From sequence record SRR20825019_1641: a stretch of DNA of 20,000 nt; one strand, 5' to 3'. Below the pieces are notes generated by a model. That model did no database searches, was not told where the DNA came from, and saw only the letters and a list, made by a program, of their open reading frames with translations. Within the stretch, counting starts at the first letter, position 1. Each line of letters starts with the position of its first letter. Position numbers and translations under genes: made by a program. This document shows positions 7,347 through 16,176 of the stretch, piece after piece.

Positions 7347-8648
7347 TTATTCGCCAAACACACGTTTGAAAATCGTGTCCACATGTTTGGTGTGGTAATC
7401 CATGTTGAAAAGCTCCTCAAGCTCAGCTTCGGAAACCTTGTTGGTCACGGTTTCATCCGCCTTCAAGAGGTCAAGAAGCTGCAACTCACCACGGCTTTCC
7501 CAAACCTTCATCGCATTGGCCTGCACAAGGCGGTAAGCGTCTTCACGGCTCACACCTGCTTGTGTCAGCTCAAGAAGCACACGCTGGCTGTTTGGCAAGC
7601 CGCCCATCTTGTTCATGTTATCAAGCATGTTGTCAGGGTATACCAGCAGTTGGTCCATCACGTTGGTGAGGCGCGCGAGGCTGAAATCAAGCGCGATGGT
7701 CGCGTCCGGGCCAATGTAACGCTCTACGCTTGAGTGCGAGATATCCCGCTCATGCCACAGCGCCACGTTTTCCATCGCCGGGATCGCCATGGCACGGATA
7801 TAACGCGCCTGGCCCGTGAGGTTCTCTGTGAGGATCGGGTTTTTCTTGTGCGGCATCGCGCTTGAGCCCTTCTGGCCTTTGGAGAAATACTCCTGCGCCT
7901 CCAGCACTTCGGTGCGCTGAAGGTGACGTACTTCAACGGAAAGCCGCTCAATACAGCTGGCTACTACACCCAGCACAGCAAAATACATAGCATGGCGGTC
8001 ACGCGGAATCACCTGCGTGGACACAGGTTCAACCTCAAGGCCCATCTTTTCGGCCACATGTTCTTCCACATAGGGGTCGATGTTCGCGAAAGTACCAACC
8101 GCGCCGGAGATCGCGCAGGTTGCCACTTCCTTGCGTGCAATCTTCATACGCTCAAGGCAGCGGTCAAACTCGGCATACGCCTGTGCCATTTTCAGGCCAA
8201 AGGTTACGGGCTCAGCATGAATGCCGTGGCTACGGCCAATACAAACTGTGTATTTGTGTTCTTCAGCGCGGCGCTTCAGCACAACAAGAAGCTTCTCAAG
8301 GTCATCAATAATGATGTCCGCCGCCTGCATTAGCTGAACGGAAAGGCAGGTGTCCAGAACGTCCGAGGACGTCATGCCCTGGTGCACAAAGCGCGCTTCG
8401 TCGCCCACGTGTTCGGCCAGATTGGTAAGGAAAGCGATCACGTCGTGTTTCACTTCGCGCTCGATCTCATCGATGCGGTCAATTTCCCACTGGCCCCGTT
8501 CCCATACCGCTTTGGCGGCAGCTTCCGGTATACGGCCAAGCTTGGCGTTCGCGTCACACGCATGCGCTTCAATCTCGAACCAGATACGGAAGCGGTTTTC
8601 CGCCTCCCAAATGTCGGTCATTTGTTTGCGGGCATAACGAGGGATCAT
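7347..8648 (-). CDS. purB: Adenylosuccinate lyase
   Basis: MIPRY start, [28 protein letters not shown] and the fumarate-lyase signature [11 protein letters not shown]. Confidence 0.98.
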   Translation of the reverse strand: MIPRYARKQMTDIWEAENRFRIWFEIEAHACDANAKLGRIPEAAAKAVWERGQWEIDRIDEIEREVKHDVIAFLTNLAEHVGDEARFVHQGMTSSDVLDTCLSVQLMQAADIIIDDLEKLLVVLKRRAEEHKYTVCIGRSHGIHAEPVTFGLKMAQAYAEFDRCLERMKIARKEVATCAISGAVGTFANIDPYVEEHVAEKMGLEVEPVSTQVIPRDRHAMYFAVLGVVASCIERLSVEVRHLQRTEVLEAQEYFSKGQKGSSAMPHKKNPILTENLTGQARYIRAMAIPAMENVALWHERDISHSSVERYIGPDATIALDFSLARLTNVMDQLLVYPDNMLDNMNKMGGLPNSQRVLLELTQAGVSREDAYRLVQANAMKVWESRGELQLLDLLKADETVTNKVSEAELEELFNMDYHTKHVDTIFKRVFGE

Positions 8649-8693
8649 GGGGCGCGCTCCTCACACAGAAAGAAATATCTAAAAACTGCCGCT

Positions 8694-8722
8694 CTGCTAG
8701 CAGAAAGCTCGGCTCATCGCAA
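8694..8722 (-). promoter_or_regulatory. Putative sigma-70 promoter of purB
   Basis: Minus strand TTGCGA-N17-TAGCAG, with the -10 preceded by GC as is common in alphaproteobacterial promoters. Confidence 0.4.
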
Positions 8723-8728
8723 GTTCCC

Positions 8729-8757
8729 TTGACACCTTCCCCGTCGCCCGCGAGCAT
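8729..8757 (+). promoter_or_regulatory. Putative sigma-70 promoter of the amidohydrolase gene
   Basis: TTGACA-N17-GAGCAT, back-to-back with the putative purB promoter. Confidence 0.4.
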
Positions 8758-8787
8758 ATCCGCAACTTACGGGAGGGAGACCCCATC

Positions 8788-10098
8788 ATGCGCGCGCTCA
8801 TCGGAATAAGTCTTGGCTTGCTGTTTTCACTACAGTGCCATGCGGCAACGATATTTACCAATGTCACCATATTTGACCCGGATACCGGCGAGGCCATTGA
8901 GCATGTCGCGGTGCAGGTGGACGGGGGCCGTATTATCGCCATCACCAGTGATGCCGCACCGCGCCCGATGACAGATGACCTGACAATCATTGACGGCACC
9001 GACAAATTCCTGATCCCCGGCCTCACGGAAATGCACGGTCACCTGCCGCCTGCCAGTTGGGGCAAAGAGCAGACAGAAGAAACCCTTTTCCTGTATCTTG
9101 CAGGCGGAGTGACCACAGTGCGCGGCATGCTGGGTGACCCGGGTCAGTTCGCCATGAGGGACCGTATCAACAGCGGTGAGATTGCTGGCCCCACGCTTTA
9201 CCTTGCGGCACCCAGCCTGAATGGCAGTTCCGTTAGCTCCGTAGAGGAAGCTGTGGAGAAAACCAAACGATTTGCAGCTGAGGGCTGGGACTTGCAGAAA
9301 ATCCACCCCGGGCTGACGAGAGCGGAATATGACGCGATGGCCAAAACCGCCAACGACGTTGGCTATCCCTTTGGGGGCCATGTGCCGTCGGACGTAGGTA
9401 TTGAGCGTGCGCTCAGCGTGGGCCAAATTTCCATCGACCATATGGACGGTTACATCAGTTGGCTTGACGGTGACGACCATGCCCTGACCGAGGAAGAGCT
9501 TCAGCGCGCCATTCAGATCACACTTGATAGCGGCACCTGGATTGTGCCAACACAGGCGCTTTTCAACACTTTCTACAGCAGCACAGGCGGCGGCACTGCC
9601 CTCACGGACGCTGAGGTTCAAACCCTGCTTGACCGACCAGAAAATGCTTATGTGCCCAAAAGAATGCTCGCACAATGGCACCAGACCGCGCAATCGGCGA
9701 GGCCAAGCGCAATGGCCACAAATAACCGGCAGCGGCTTCTAAAGGCTTTTGCTGATGCTGGCGTTAATCTCGCCATGGGCAGCGACGCACCGCAAACCTT
9801 CTCGGTGCCCGGCTTTTCTATCTGGCGCGAGATTGAAGTAATGGTGGACGCGGGCCTGACACCTGCTCAAATTCTTGACATTGGCACCAAAGCACCTGGC
9901 CGCTATTTCAAGGACAAAGACCAGTTTGGCACCATCACCGTTGGTGCGAGGGCGGACCTTATCCTCCTTGACGCTGACCCCAGCGAGGACGCGCTCAACA
10001 TCACCAAACAGGCCGGGGTTATGGCCGCCGGGCGCTGGTACAGCCGGGCAGACCTTGACAAGCGTTTATCGACAATCGCTGCCCGCCACGCGAATTAG
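8788..10098 (+). CDS. Secreted amidohydrolase-superfamily metallohydrolase
   Basis: Signal peptide (MRALIGISLGLLFSLQCHA), PGLTEMHGH, GVTTVR, QKIH, GGHVP, SIDH, GSDAP and GARADLILLD. RBS GGAGGGAG. Confidence 0.9.
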   Translation: MRALIGISLGLLFSLQCHAATIFTNVTIFDPDTGEAIEHVAVQVDGGRIIAITSDAAPRPMTDDLTIIDGTDKFLIPGLTEMHGHLPPASWGKEQTEETLFLYLAGGVTTVRGMLGDPGQFAMRDRINSGEIAGPTLYLAAPSLNGSSVSSVEEAVEKTKRFAAEGWDLQKIHPGLTRAEYDAMAKTANDVGYPFGGHVPSDVGIERALSVGQISIDHMDGYISWLDGDDHALTEEELQRAIQITLDSGTWIVPTQALFNTFYSSTGGGTALTDAEVQTLLDRPENAYVPKRMLAQWHQTAQSARPSAMATNNRQRLLKAFADAGVNLAMGSDAPQTFSVPGFSIWREIEVMVDAGLTPAQILDIGTKAPGRYFKDKDQFGTITVGARADLILLDADPSEDALNITKQAGVMAAGRWYSRADLDKRLSTIAARHAN

Positions 10099-10099
10099 G

Positions 10100-10597
10100 T
10101 CATCCTATAGACACGGGCTGACAAAACTCTTCAAACGCATCCCGCCACATGGAGATGGGGTGCGTTGCCAGCGTGGAGTTCTGGAAAAGCCGGTCACCAG
10201 TTACCTCGCGGGTTACCCAGTCTGGCCGATCAAAAACCTCGTCTTCATCGTCCAGCTCAACCTCAGCCAGCACAAGGCCCTTATTTTCACCCTTGAAGAC
10301 ATCAACGTCCCACACATGCCCGCCAAACTTGACCGCATAACGCTTCTTGATGATGAGCGGGTCAAGGGACTGTGACATCAGCGCGGCCCCTTCTGCTTTG
10401 CTGAGCGGGCGTTCAATCTCAACACGCTTTGTGCCCTTGCCGAGCTTGAGCGTGAGGATATAACCGCCCTCAACCTTGCGTACACGCAGGGAACGGCCCT
10501 CCGCGCGCATCAAGTAGCCTTGTTCGATAGATTTGAATTTTCTCGGAAGTTTGAGCCGCGCTTTGTCGACGAGGAATTTACGTTCGATCTCGTACAA
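10100..10597 (-). CDS. CYTH-domain triphosphate tunnel metalloenzyme (TTG start)
   Basis: EIERKF, IEQGYL, LRVRK, KKRY, WDVDVF, AEVEL and EVTGD motifs. Confidence 0.9.
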   Translation of the reverse strand: MYEIERKFLVDKARLKLPRKFKSIEQGYLMRAEGRSLRVRKVEGGYILTLKLGKGTKRVEIERPLSKAEGAALMSQSLDPLIIKKRYAVKFGGHVWDVDVFKGENKGLVLAEVELDDEDEVFDRPDWVTREVTGDRLFQNSTLATHPISMWRDAFEEFCQPVSIG

Positions 10598-10613
10598 GAT
10601 GGACCTTCATTCG

Positions 10614-11060
10614 CTATAGCTTGCCGAAGCGCGCAAAACAGATATGCAGCGCATTGGCATAACCCGGTGGAATATCCTTGAATTTAAACGTGCCTTTCGC
10701 ACCTTTAAATTCTGCCCAGTTATGCTCGCTGGATAGTGAAATATTTATGTCGCTCGCCTTTTTTTTCAGACGACCACTGAACACCAGCATGAGCCGGTCC
10801 CCGAGTGTGGGGTGATGTTTGACCCAACTGGAGATAAATTCGACCTTCTTGACCTTGAGGCCGGTTTCTTCTTTCACCTCGCGCTTGAGCGCATCAAAAA
10901 GGTCCTCACCGGATTCCACCTTGCCGCCGGGCAAATCAAACAGGCCACTGTCTTTACGCATCACCAGCGCCTTGCCGTCGGCTGACATCAGCACGACCTT
11001 CGCAGAAATGGGCAGGTCTTCAAGGGTTTCACGGGTTGAATTTACTTGTTCCCAATACAT
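10614..11060 (-). CDS. Nudix hydrolase
   Basis: Complete Nudix box GKVESGEDLFDALKREVKEETGL, plus SEH. Confidence 0.92.
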   Translation of the reverse strand: MYWEQVNSTRETLEDLPISAKVVLMSADGKALVMRKDSGLFDLPGGKVESGEDLFDALKREVKEETGLKVKKVEFISSWVKHHPTLGDRLMLVFSGRLKKKASDINISLSSEHNWAEFKGAKGTFKFKDIPPGYANALHICFARFGKL

Positions 11061-11151
11061 GTATCTCTCAATCGTTAGACGGCGGGGCGCTTTGCCCTAC
11101 CCCGTATGGTCCGTCCCATATCCGCGGTATTTTAGCGCGGAGTTTTTAAAT

Positions 11152-11844
11152 CTACATTAAGCCAAGCTCTTTAAAAGACGATTGGCCCGTTTTTCCTACA
11201 ATGATGTGATCATGCACACGAATGCCGATCCTGTCGCAGGTTTCAATGATATTTTTTGTCATTATAACATCAGCCCGGCTTGGTGTCGGGTCGCCTGACG
11301 GATGGTTATGAACAAGTATAAGTGCCGTGGCATCAAGTTCAAGCGCACGTCTTACAACTTCGCGCGGATACACCGCTGCTTCATCAATCGTGCCATCACT
11401 GAGCACTTCGTCTTTCAGAAGCGCGTTTTTACGGTCGAGAAATAAAACACGGAACTGCTCACGCGGGATATGTGCCATCGCGCCTTGCAGATAATCTGTC
11501 ACCGCAGACCAGTTGGACATCACAGGCCGTGTGCTGGCACCCGCGAGTGCGAGGCGAAGCGCGGACGCCTGCACGGACTTGATGGCCGCAACCGCGGTAT
11601 CCCCAAGCCCAGGGGCTGCGCGCAGGCTTTCAACGTCAGCGCTTAAAACACCGGCATAGCTGCCGTACCGCTCGATCAAGCCTTTCGCGAGAGGTTTCAC
11701 ATCCCGCCGCGGAATCGCGAGGAAAAGGATCAGCTCCAACAACTCATAGTCGGCAAGTGCGTCTGCACCGCCCTTCAGGAAACGTTCCCGAAGGCGGGCA
11801 CGATGCCCGTTCACGTGACTTTGAACCTTGGCTTGATCCCCCAT
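11152..11844 (-). CDS. radC: RadC family JAB-domain protein
   Basis: GHRARLRERF, DYELLE, an HhH region (PGLG), VYPREV, HNHPSGDPTPSRAD and DHIIVG. Confidence 0.96.
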   Translation of the reverse strand: MGDQAKVQSHVNGHRARLRERFLKGGADALADYELLELILFLAIPRRDVKPLAKGLIERYGSYAGVLSADVESLRAAPGLGDTAVAAIKSVQASALRLALAGASTRPVMSNWSAVTDYLQGAMAHIPREQFRVLFLDRKNALLKDEVLSDGTIDEAAVYPREVVRRALELDATALILVHNHPSGDPTPSRADVIMTKNIIETCDRIGIRVHDHIIVGKTGQSSFKELGLM

Positions 11845-11856
11845 TCAGCCTCCAGC

Positions 11857-12687
11857 TTATTCGGCGGTGTCATAGGGTGGGCAGAACCACCCTTTTGGTG
11901 ACTTGGTGAAGACCTCATACCCGTCTTCTGTTACCGCTAAGGTATGCTCAAACTGCATGGAAAGAGTTTTATCGCGAGTAACAGCTGTCCAGCCGTCCGC
12001 CAGGATTTTTGAGCCCGGCTTGCCCGCATTTACCATTGGTTCAATGGTGAAAAACATGCCGGGACGCAGCTCAGGCCCTGTGCCGGGGCGACCAAAATGC
12101 ATCACGCTTGGTTCATCATGGAAAACCCGGCCAATGCCATGCCCGCAGAAGTCTCTCACGACTGAATAGCGGTGTGCTTCCACATGTTGTTGGATTGCAT
12201 GCCCTATATCGCCAAGGCGCGCGCCGGGCTTCACAGCCTCAATGCCCTTCCACATGGCTTCAAAAGTGACCTGACAAAGCCGTTCAGCCAGCAGCTTTTG
12301 CTTGCCCACAAAAAACATGCGGCTGGTATCACCGTACCAACCGTCCAGAATGACAGTCACGTCAATATTCAGGGCGTCCCCGTCCTTGAGTTTCTTGGGG
12401 CCCGGGATGCCGTGACAAATTACATGGTTGATTGACGTGCAGATGGACTTTGGAAACCCGCGATAGTTGAGCGGTGCAGGCACAGCGCCGTGATCAAGGA
12501 TAAATTCGTGGCAAAGCCGGTCCAGTTCTTCGGTGGTGACGCCTGCTTTCACATGTGGCGTGATATAGTCAAGCACCTCAGCGGCGAGCTTGCCAGCCGC
12601 GCGCATACCATCAAATGTTTCTGGACCATGGATTTTAATCGCGCCTGTGCGGGTTTCAGGAACATCTAGCGCGTCAACATAGTTCAT
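11857..12687 (-). CDS. map: Type I methionine aminopeptidase
   Basis: FPKSICTSINHVICHGIP, NIDVT, GDTSRMF, GHGIG..FH, FTIEPM and QFEHT. Confidence 0.98.
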   Translation of the reverse strand: MNYVDALDVPETRTGAIKIHGPETFDGMRAAGKLAAEVLDYITPHVKAGVTTEELDRLCHEFILDHGAVPAPLNYRGFPKSICTSINHVICHGIPGPKKLKDGDALNIDVTVILDGWYGDTSRMFFVGKQKLLAERLCQVTFEAMWKGIEAVKPGARLGDIGHAIQQHVEAHRYSVVRDFCGHGIGRVFHDEPSVMHFGRPGTGPELRPGMFFTIEPMVNAGKPGSKILADGWTAVTRDKTLSMQFEHTLAVTEDGYEVFTKSPKGWFCPPYDTAE

Positions 12688-12741
12688 CTTTCAATCCTTA
12701 TAGTCTTGCCTGACAGTACCACTATTGGCAGTGTACGAGGC

Positions 12742-13452
12742 TCAGAGCCGAATGGGAAGTGTTCCGGCAACCTTGATACCATCTGTGGTGAGGTCGCAAG
12801 TGTAACACAGTAGCTCCACACCAGCCTTTGCCGCTTCCCCTAACGTCTCGGCATAAACTTTGTCAATATCCGCTGCTGGGGCAAAGACGGTGCAATCGCC
12901 GCGTTGCACCAGATACACCATCACGGCACGGTGCCCCTCGGCTACCATATCCATCAGTTCGCGCAGATGTTTGGTGCCCCGCACGGTTACACTATCGGGG
13001 AACTGGGCGTCCTCCCCCACCTTGAGGGTGACATTCTTGACCTCAACGTAACATTTCTCAGCCAGGCTGGTGCTGGACGGCCCTTCCAGCAGGATATCAA
13101 TACGGCTTGCCGCACCATATTTAACCTCCCGTTTTAAGGAAGCGTAGCCGGAAAGCTCAGGGATACCCCCCTGCAGTATGGCTTCCTCAACAATCGCGTT
13201 GGGACGGCTGGTATTGATACCCACGAGAGCACCGCCAACCTCCAGCATCTCCCAGCGCCAGTTCAGCTTGGCTTTCGGATTGGTGTTGGGAGAAAGCCAA
13301 ACCGTGCTGCCCGGCTCTTTGCAGCCAAGCATGGAGCCGGAGTTCGCGCAGTGCGCCACCACAATCTCGCCTGACGGCAGTTCAACGTCCGCCAAAAAGC
13401 GCTTATAGCGCTTGATCAGCGTCCCTTTTTGTAATGTCTGTTCAAATTTCAT
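12742..13452 (-). CDS. sfsA: DNA/RNA nuclease SfsA (sugar fermentation stimulation protein)
   Basis: RYKRFLADV, AHCANSGSM, REVKYG..SRID, YVEVKNVT and FPDSVTVRGTKHL. Confidence 0.96.
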   Translation of the reverse strand: MKFEQTLQKGTLIKRYKRFLADVELPSGEIVVAHCANSGSMLGCKEPGSTVWLSPNTNPKAKLNWRWEMLEVGGALVGINTSRPNAIVEEAILQGGIPELSGYASLKREVKYGAASRIDILLEGPSSTSLAEKCYVEVKNVTLKVGEDAQFPDSVTVRGTKHLRELMDMVAEGHRAVMVYLVQRGDCTVFAPAADIDKVYAETLGEAAKAGVELLCYTCDLTTDGIKVAGTLPIRL

Positions 13453-13458
13453 GGCTGC

Positions 13459-13488
13459 ACACTAGCGCTGCACGAAAGCCACAATCAA
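13459..13488 (-). promoter_or_regulatory. Putative sigma-70 promoter directly abutting sfsA (leaderless configuration)
   Basis: Minus strand TTGATT-N18-TAGTGT-N6-ATG, with no Shine-Dalgarno sequence. Confidence 0.45.
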
Positions 13489-13606
13489 GCCTTCAGATTA
13501 AGCGTCGTGTTTTTGATGCAATCGATTATCTTGACTCGGTAGTCCACTAATGTACGCTGATCTTAGCCCTGCTTAAAATGGGTCAGGTTTCGAGAGAGTT
13601 ATGAGT

Positions 13607-13636
13607 GATGGTTTATCCAAAACCATCTCTTTTTTT
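13607..13636 (+). terminator. Intrinsic terminator-like hairpin in the sfsA-TBDR intergenic region
   Basis: GATGGTTT-ATCCA-AAACCATC followed by TCTTTTTTT. Confidence 0.5.
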
Positions 13637-13785
13637 GCCCGAAACTCGCCTGTAAACACTCGTGAAAACAATGAGAGGAAGCGCAGCGCCTTCGGAAGGG
13701 CAAATAGAATCTGTAGGAAATGCCGGTTGCTAAAGTGCAACACTTGTGTGTCCTGCATGCCTATCTGCTTCAAAATAGAGCGGAA

Positions 13786-13814
13786 TTGCGTCGCAAAACT
13801 TTGATAGCTATGCA
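13786..13814 (+). promoter_or_regulatory. Putative sigma-70 promoter of the TonB-dependent receptor
   Basis: TTGCGT-N17-TATGCA, with GC preceding the -10, about 120 nt upstream of the start codon. Confidence 0.45.
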
Positions 13815-13934
13815 AACTAAAGCTCCGGGCGCCCCCAATATAACAAGGACCGCCAGCCCTCAGATCTGCCGGCCCGGGTGATTCCCATAAATATGACTAT
13901 AAGAAGCTGCGTACTTCGAATGAGGAAACATACC

Positions 13935-16124
13935 ATGAAAAAAACTTGGTTTAACAATAGCGCGCGCCTTGTTGCAGGCTGCTCTATGCTCGCGCTTTCA
14001 GCCGGTGCCTATGCGCAAAGCGCAGACAGCAACTTCATGCTGGAAGAGATTGTCGTAACTGCTCAGAAGCGCGAACAAAGCCTTCAGGATGTTCCGATCT
14101 CCGTTTCAGCAATTGCTGGCGACAAAATCAAAGACTTTGCAGCTGGTGGTGAAGACATCCGTCTTCTCTCAAGCCGCGTACCTGGACTGAACGCAGAATC
14201 GTCCAACGGTCGTGTTGCTCCGCGCTTCTATATCCGCGGTCTCGGTAACACCGATTTCGATCTTGCTGCTTCCCAGCCTGTTTCAATTGTTGTTGATGAC
14301 GTTGTTCTTGAAAACGTGATCCTCAAGAGCTTCCCGCTTTTCGATATTGAGCGCGTTGAGGTTCTTCGTGGCCCACAAGGCACGCTGTTCGGTCGCAACA
14401 CACCGGCTGGTATCGTAAAATTTGATACTCGCAAGCCAAGCCAGGAGCCTGAAGGTTACGTAAGCGCAAGCTACGGCAGCCTCGGCACAGCTTCTATTGA
14501 AGCGGCTTACGGCGCAGGCATCAGCGAAAAAGTTTCCGCTCGTATTTCTGGTCTCTATACACGCCGCGACGACTGGATCGACAACGGCTTCAGTGGTGAA
14601 GAAAACGCAATGGGCGGCTTCGTTGAAGCTGCGATGCGTGCTCAGGTTCTTATTGAACCAACAGACAACTTTGATGCGCTCCTTAATTTCCATTACCGCT
14701 CGCTTGACGGTACGTCTGAAGTTTTCCGTGCGAACATCTTCGATGCAGGCTCACCTGAGCTGAACGAAAACTTTGACCGTGACACGGTGTTCCATGACGA
14801 CACGCACAACAACACCCAAAGCTACGATAGCTGGGGTGCTTCCGCGAAGCTCGTATGGGACTTCGGTGATGACATGACACTGACATCTGTTAGCGCTTAT
14901 GAAACCACAAAAGGCTGCGGCATCGGTGATATCGATGGCGGTAACACAGGTGGCCCGGGCGTTGTTCCGTTCCCAAGCACCACGGAAGACTGTATCGATA
15001 ATCTCGATCAGTTCACTGAGGAGCTACGTTTGTCCGGCCAAGCCAGTGACGCGCTGTTCTACCAGTTCGGTTTCTTCTACTTCGATAGCGACTTCACCAT
15101 CCGCACCCGTCCGTTCTTCGTGCCAGACTCGACTGTCCGTCACCAGAACCAGACATGGGCGCTTTTTGGTCAGGCAAGCTACGACCTGACTGAGGCGACC
15201 ACACTGACCGTTGGTATGCGTTATACAGATGACGAGAAAACCGCTGACTCTTACTCAGGTGCTTTTGGTTCAGCGCTTCCAACCGTTAGCCTCGACGGCG
15301 ACAACCTGAGCTGGGACATCGCTCTCAACCACATCATCAATGATGACCTGTCAGTTTACGCACGTGTTGCCACTGGCTTCCGCGCCCCTACCATTCAGGG
15401 TCGTGATGTTGCTTTCTTTGGTGTACCAACAACGGCTAAAGAAGAAACCATCATCTCTTATGAAGCTGGTTTCAAGGCAGACCTCGTTGAAGGCCGCATG
15501 CGTTGGAACGGTGCAGCATTCTACTATAACGTAGACGACCTTCAGGTTACCGCTGTTGGTGGTGGCGACAACAACGTTCGCCTCCTCAACCTCGGTCGCG
15601 TTGAAGGTTACGGTTTTGAAACAGACCTCGAATTCCTTGTGACAGAAAACTTCACCGTGACCGCAGGCGCGTCCTACGCTCACACCGAAATCTTCGCTAA
15701 AGGCGTTCGGGTTCCTGTTTGTGGCACCGGCATGTGTACACCAACAGACCCGCTTGATGCACAGGGCCGCGCCATTGTTCATGGCAACCCGCTGCCACAA
15801 GCACCTGATTGGACGTTCAACGTCACTGCTGATTACACGATGCCAATGGGTGACGACGAAGAAGTCTTCCTGTTTGCAGACTGGGCTTACCAAGGCGACA
15901 CGAACTTCACACTCTATGAAGCTGCAGAGTTCAAGTCGACCGGTACGTTTGAACTTGGCATGCGTGCTGGTTACCGCTGGGCTGATGGCCGCTATGAGGC
16001 CGCTGTCTTTGCTCGCAACATCACAAACGAAGCCAACGTTAAAGGCGTGATCGACTTCAACAACCTCACTGGTTTCGTGAACGAGCCACGGGTGTTTGGT
16101 GTTGCATTCCGCGCAGACTTCTAA
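13935..16124 (+). CDS. TonB-dependent outer-membrane receptor
   Basis: Start moved to ATG 13935 (RBS GAGG). Signal peptide, TonB box LEEIVVTAQKR, plug motifs (YIRG, ERVEVLRGPQGTLFGRNT), RNITN and a C-terminal Phe (FRADF). Confidence 0.96.
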   Translation: MKKTWFNNSARLVAGCSMLALSAGAYAQSADSNFMLEEIVVTAQKREQSLQDVPISVSAIAGDKIKDFAAGGEDIRLLSSRVPGLNAESSNGRVAPRFYIRGLGNTDFDLAASQPVSIVVDDVVLENVILKSFPLFDIERVEVLRGPQGTLFGRNTPAGIVKFDTRKPSQEPEGYVSASYGSLGTASIEAAYGAGISEKVSARISGLYTRRDDWIDNGFSGEENAMGGFVEAAMRAQVLIEPTDNFDALLNFHYRSLDGTSEVFRANIFDAGSPELNENFDRDTVFHDDTHNNTQSYDSWGASAKLVWDFGDDMTLTSVSAYETTKGCGIGDIDGGNTGGPGVVPFPSTTEDCIDNLDQFTEELRLSGQASDALFYQFGFFYFDSDFTIRTRPFFVPDSTVRHQNQTWALFGQASYDLTEATTLTVGMRYTDDEKTADSYSGAFGSALPTVSLDGDNLSWDIALNHIINDDLSVYARVATGFRAPTIQGRDVAFFGVPTTAKEETIISYEAGFKADLVEGRMRWNGAAFYYNVDDLQVTAVGGGDNNVRLLNLGRVEGYGFETDLEFLVTENFTVTAGASYAHTEIFAKGVRVPVCGTGMCTPTDPLDAQGRAIVHGNPLPQAPDWTFNVTADYTMPMGDDEEVFLFADWAYQGDTNFTLYEAAEFKSTGTFELGMRAGYRWADGRYEAAVFARNITNEANVKGVIDFNNLTGFVNEPRVFGVAFRADF

Positions 16125-16147
16125 GTCTCAAGGTAAATACTCAAATG

Positions 16148-16176
16148 AAAACGGGGGCTTTCGCCCCCGTTTTTTT
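16148..16176. terminator. Bidirectional intrinsic terminator
   Basis: AAAA-CGGGGGC-TTTC-GCCCCCG-TTTTTTT between the convergent TBDR and SDR genes. Confidence 0.92.

Noticed and set aside
8693-8704. Perfect 12-bp palindrome TCTGCTAGCAGA upstream of purB
   Set aside because: It coincides with the putative -10 element and has no second copy or known regulator match, so there is too little support to call an operator.
11152-11844. radC as a sign of a mobile element or defence island
   Set aside because: This is the full-length chromosomal type (N-terminal HhH plus JAB) in its usual context next to map, not the short ICE/prophage type.
13801-13814. TTGAT-AGCT-ATGCA as an FNR/FixK box
   Set aside because: The right half-site has two mismatches to ATCAA and is better explained as the -10 region.
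13878-13934. Upstream GTG start for the TBDR; likewise the TTG start at 19147 for the FadB-like gene
   Set aside because: The downstream ATGs (13935 and 19102) have proper RBSs and give family-typical N-termini.
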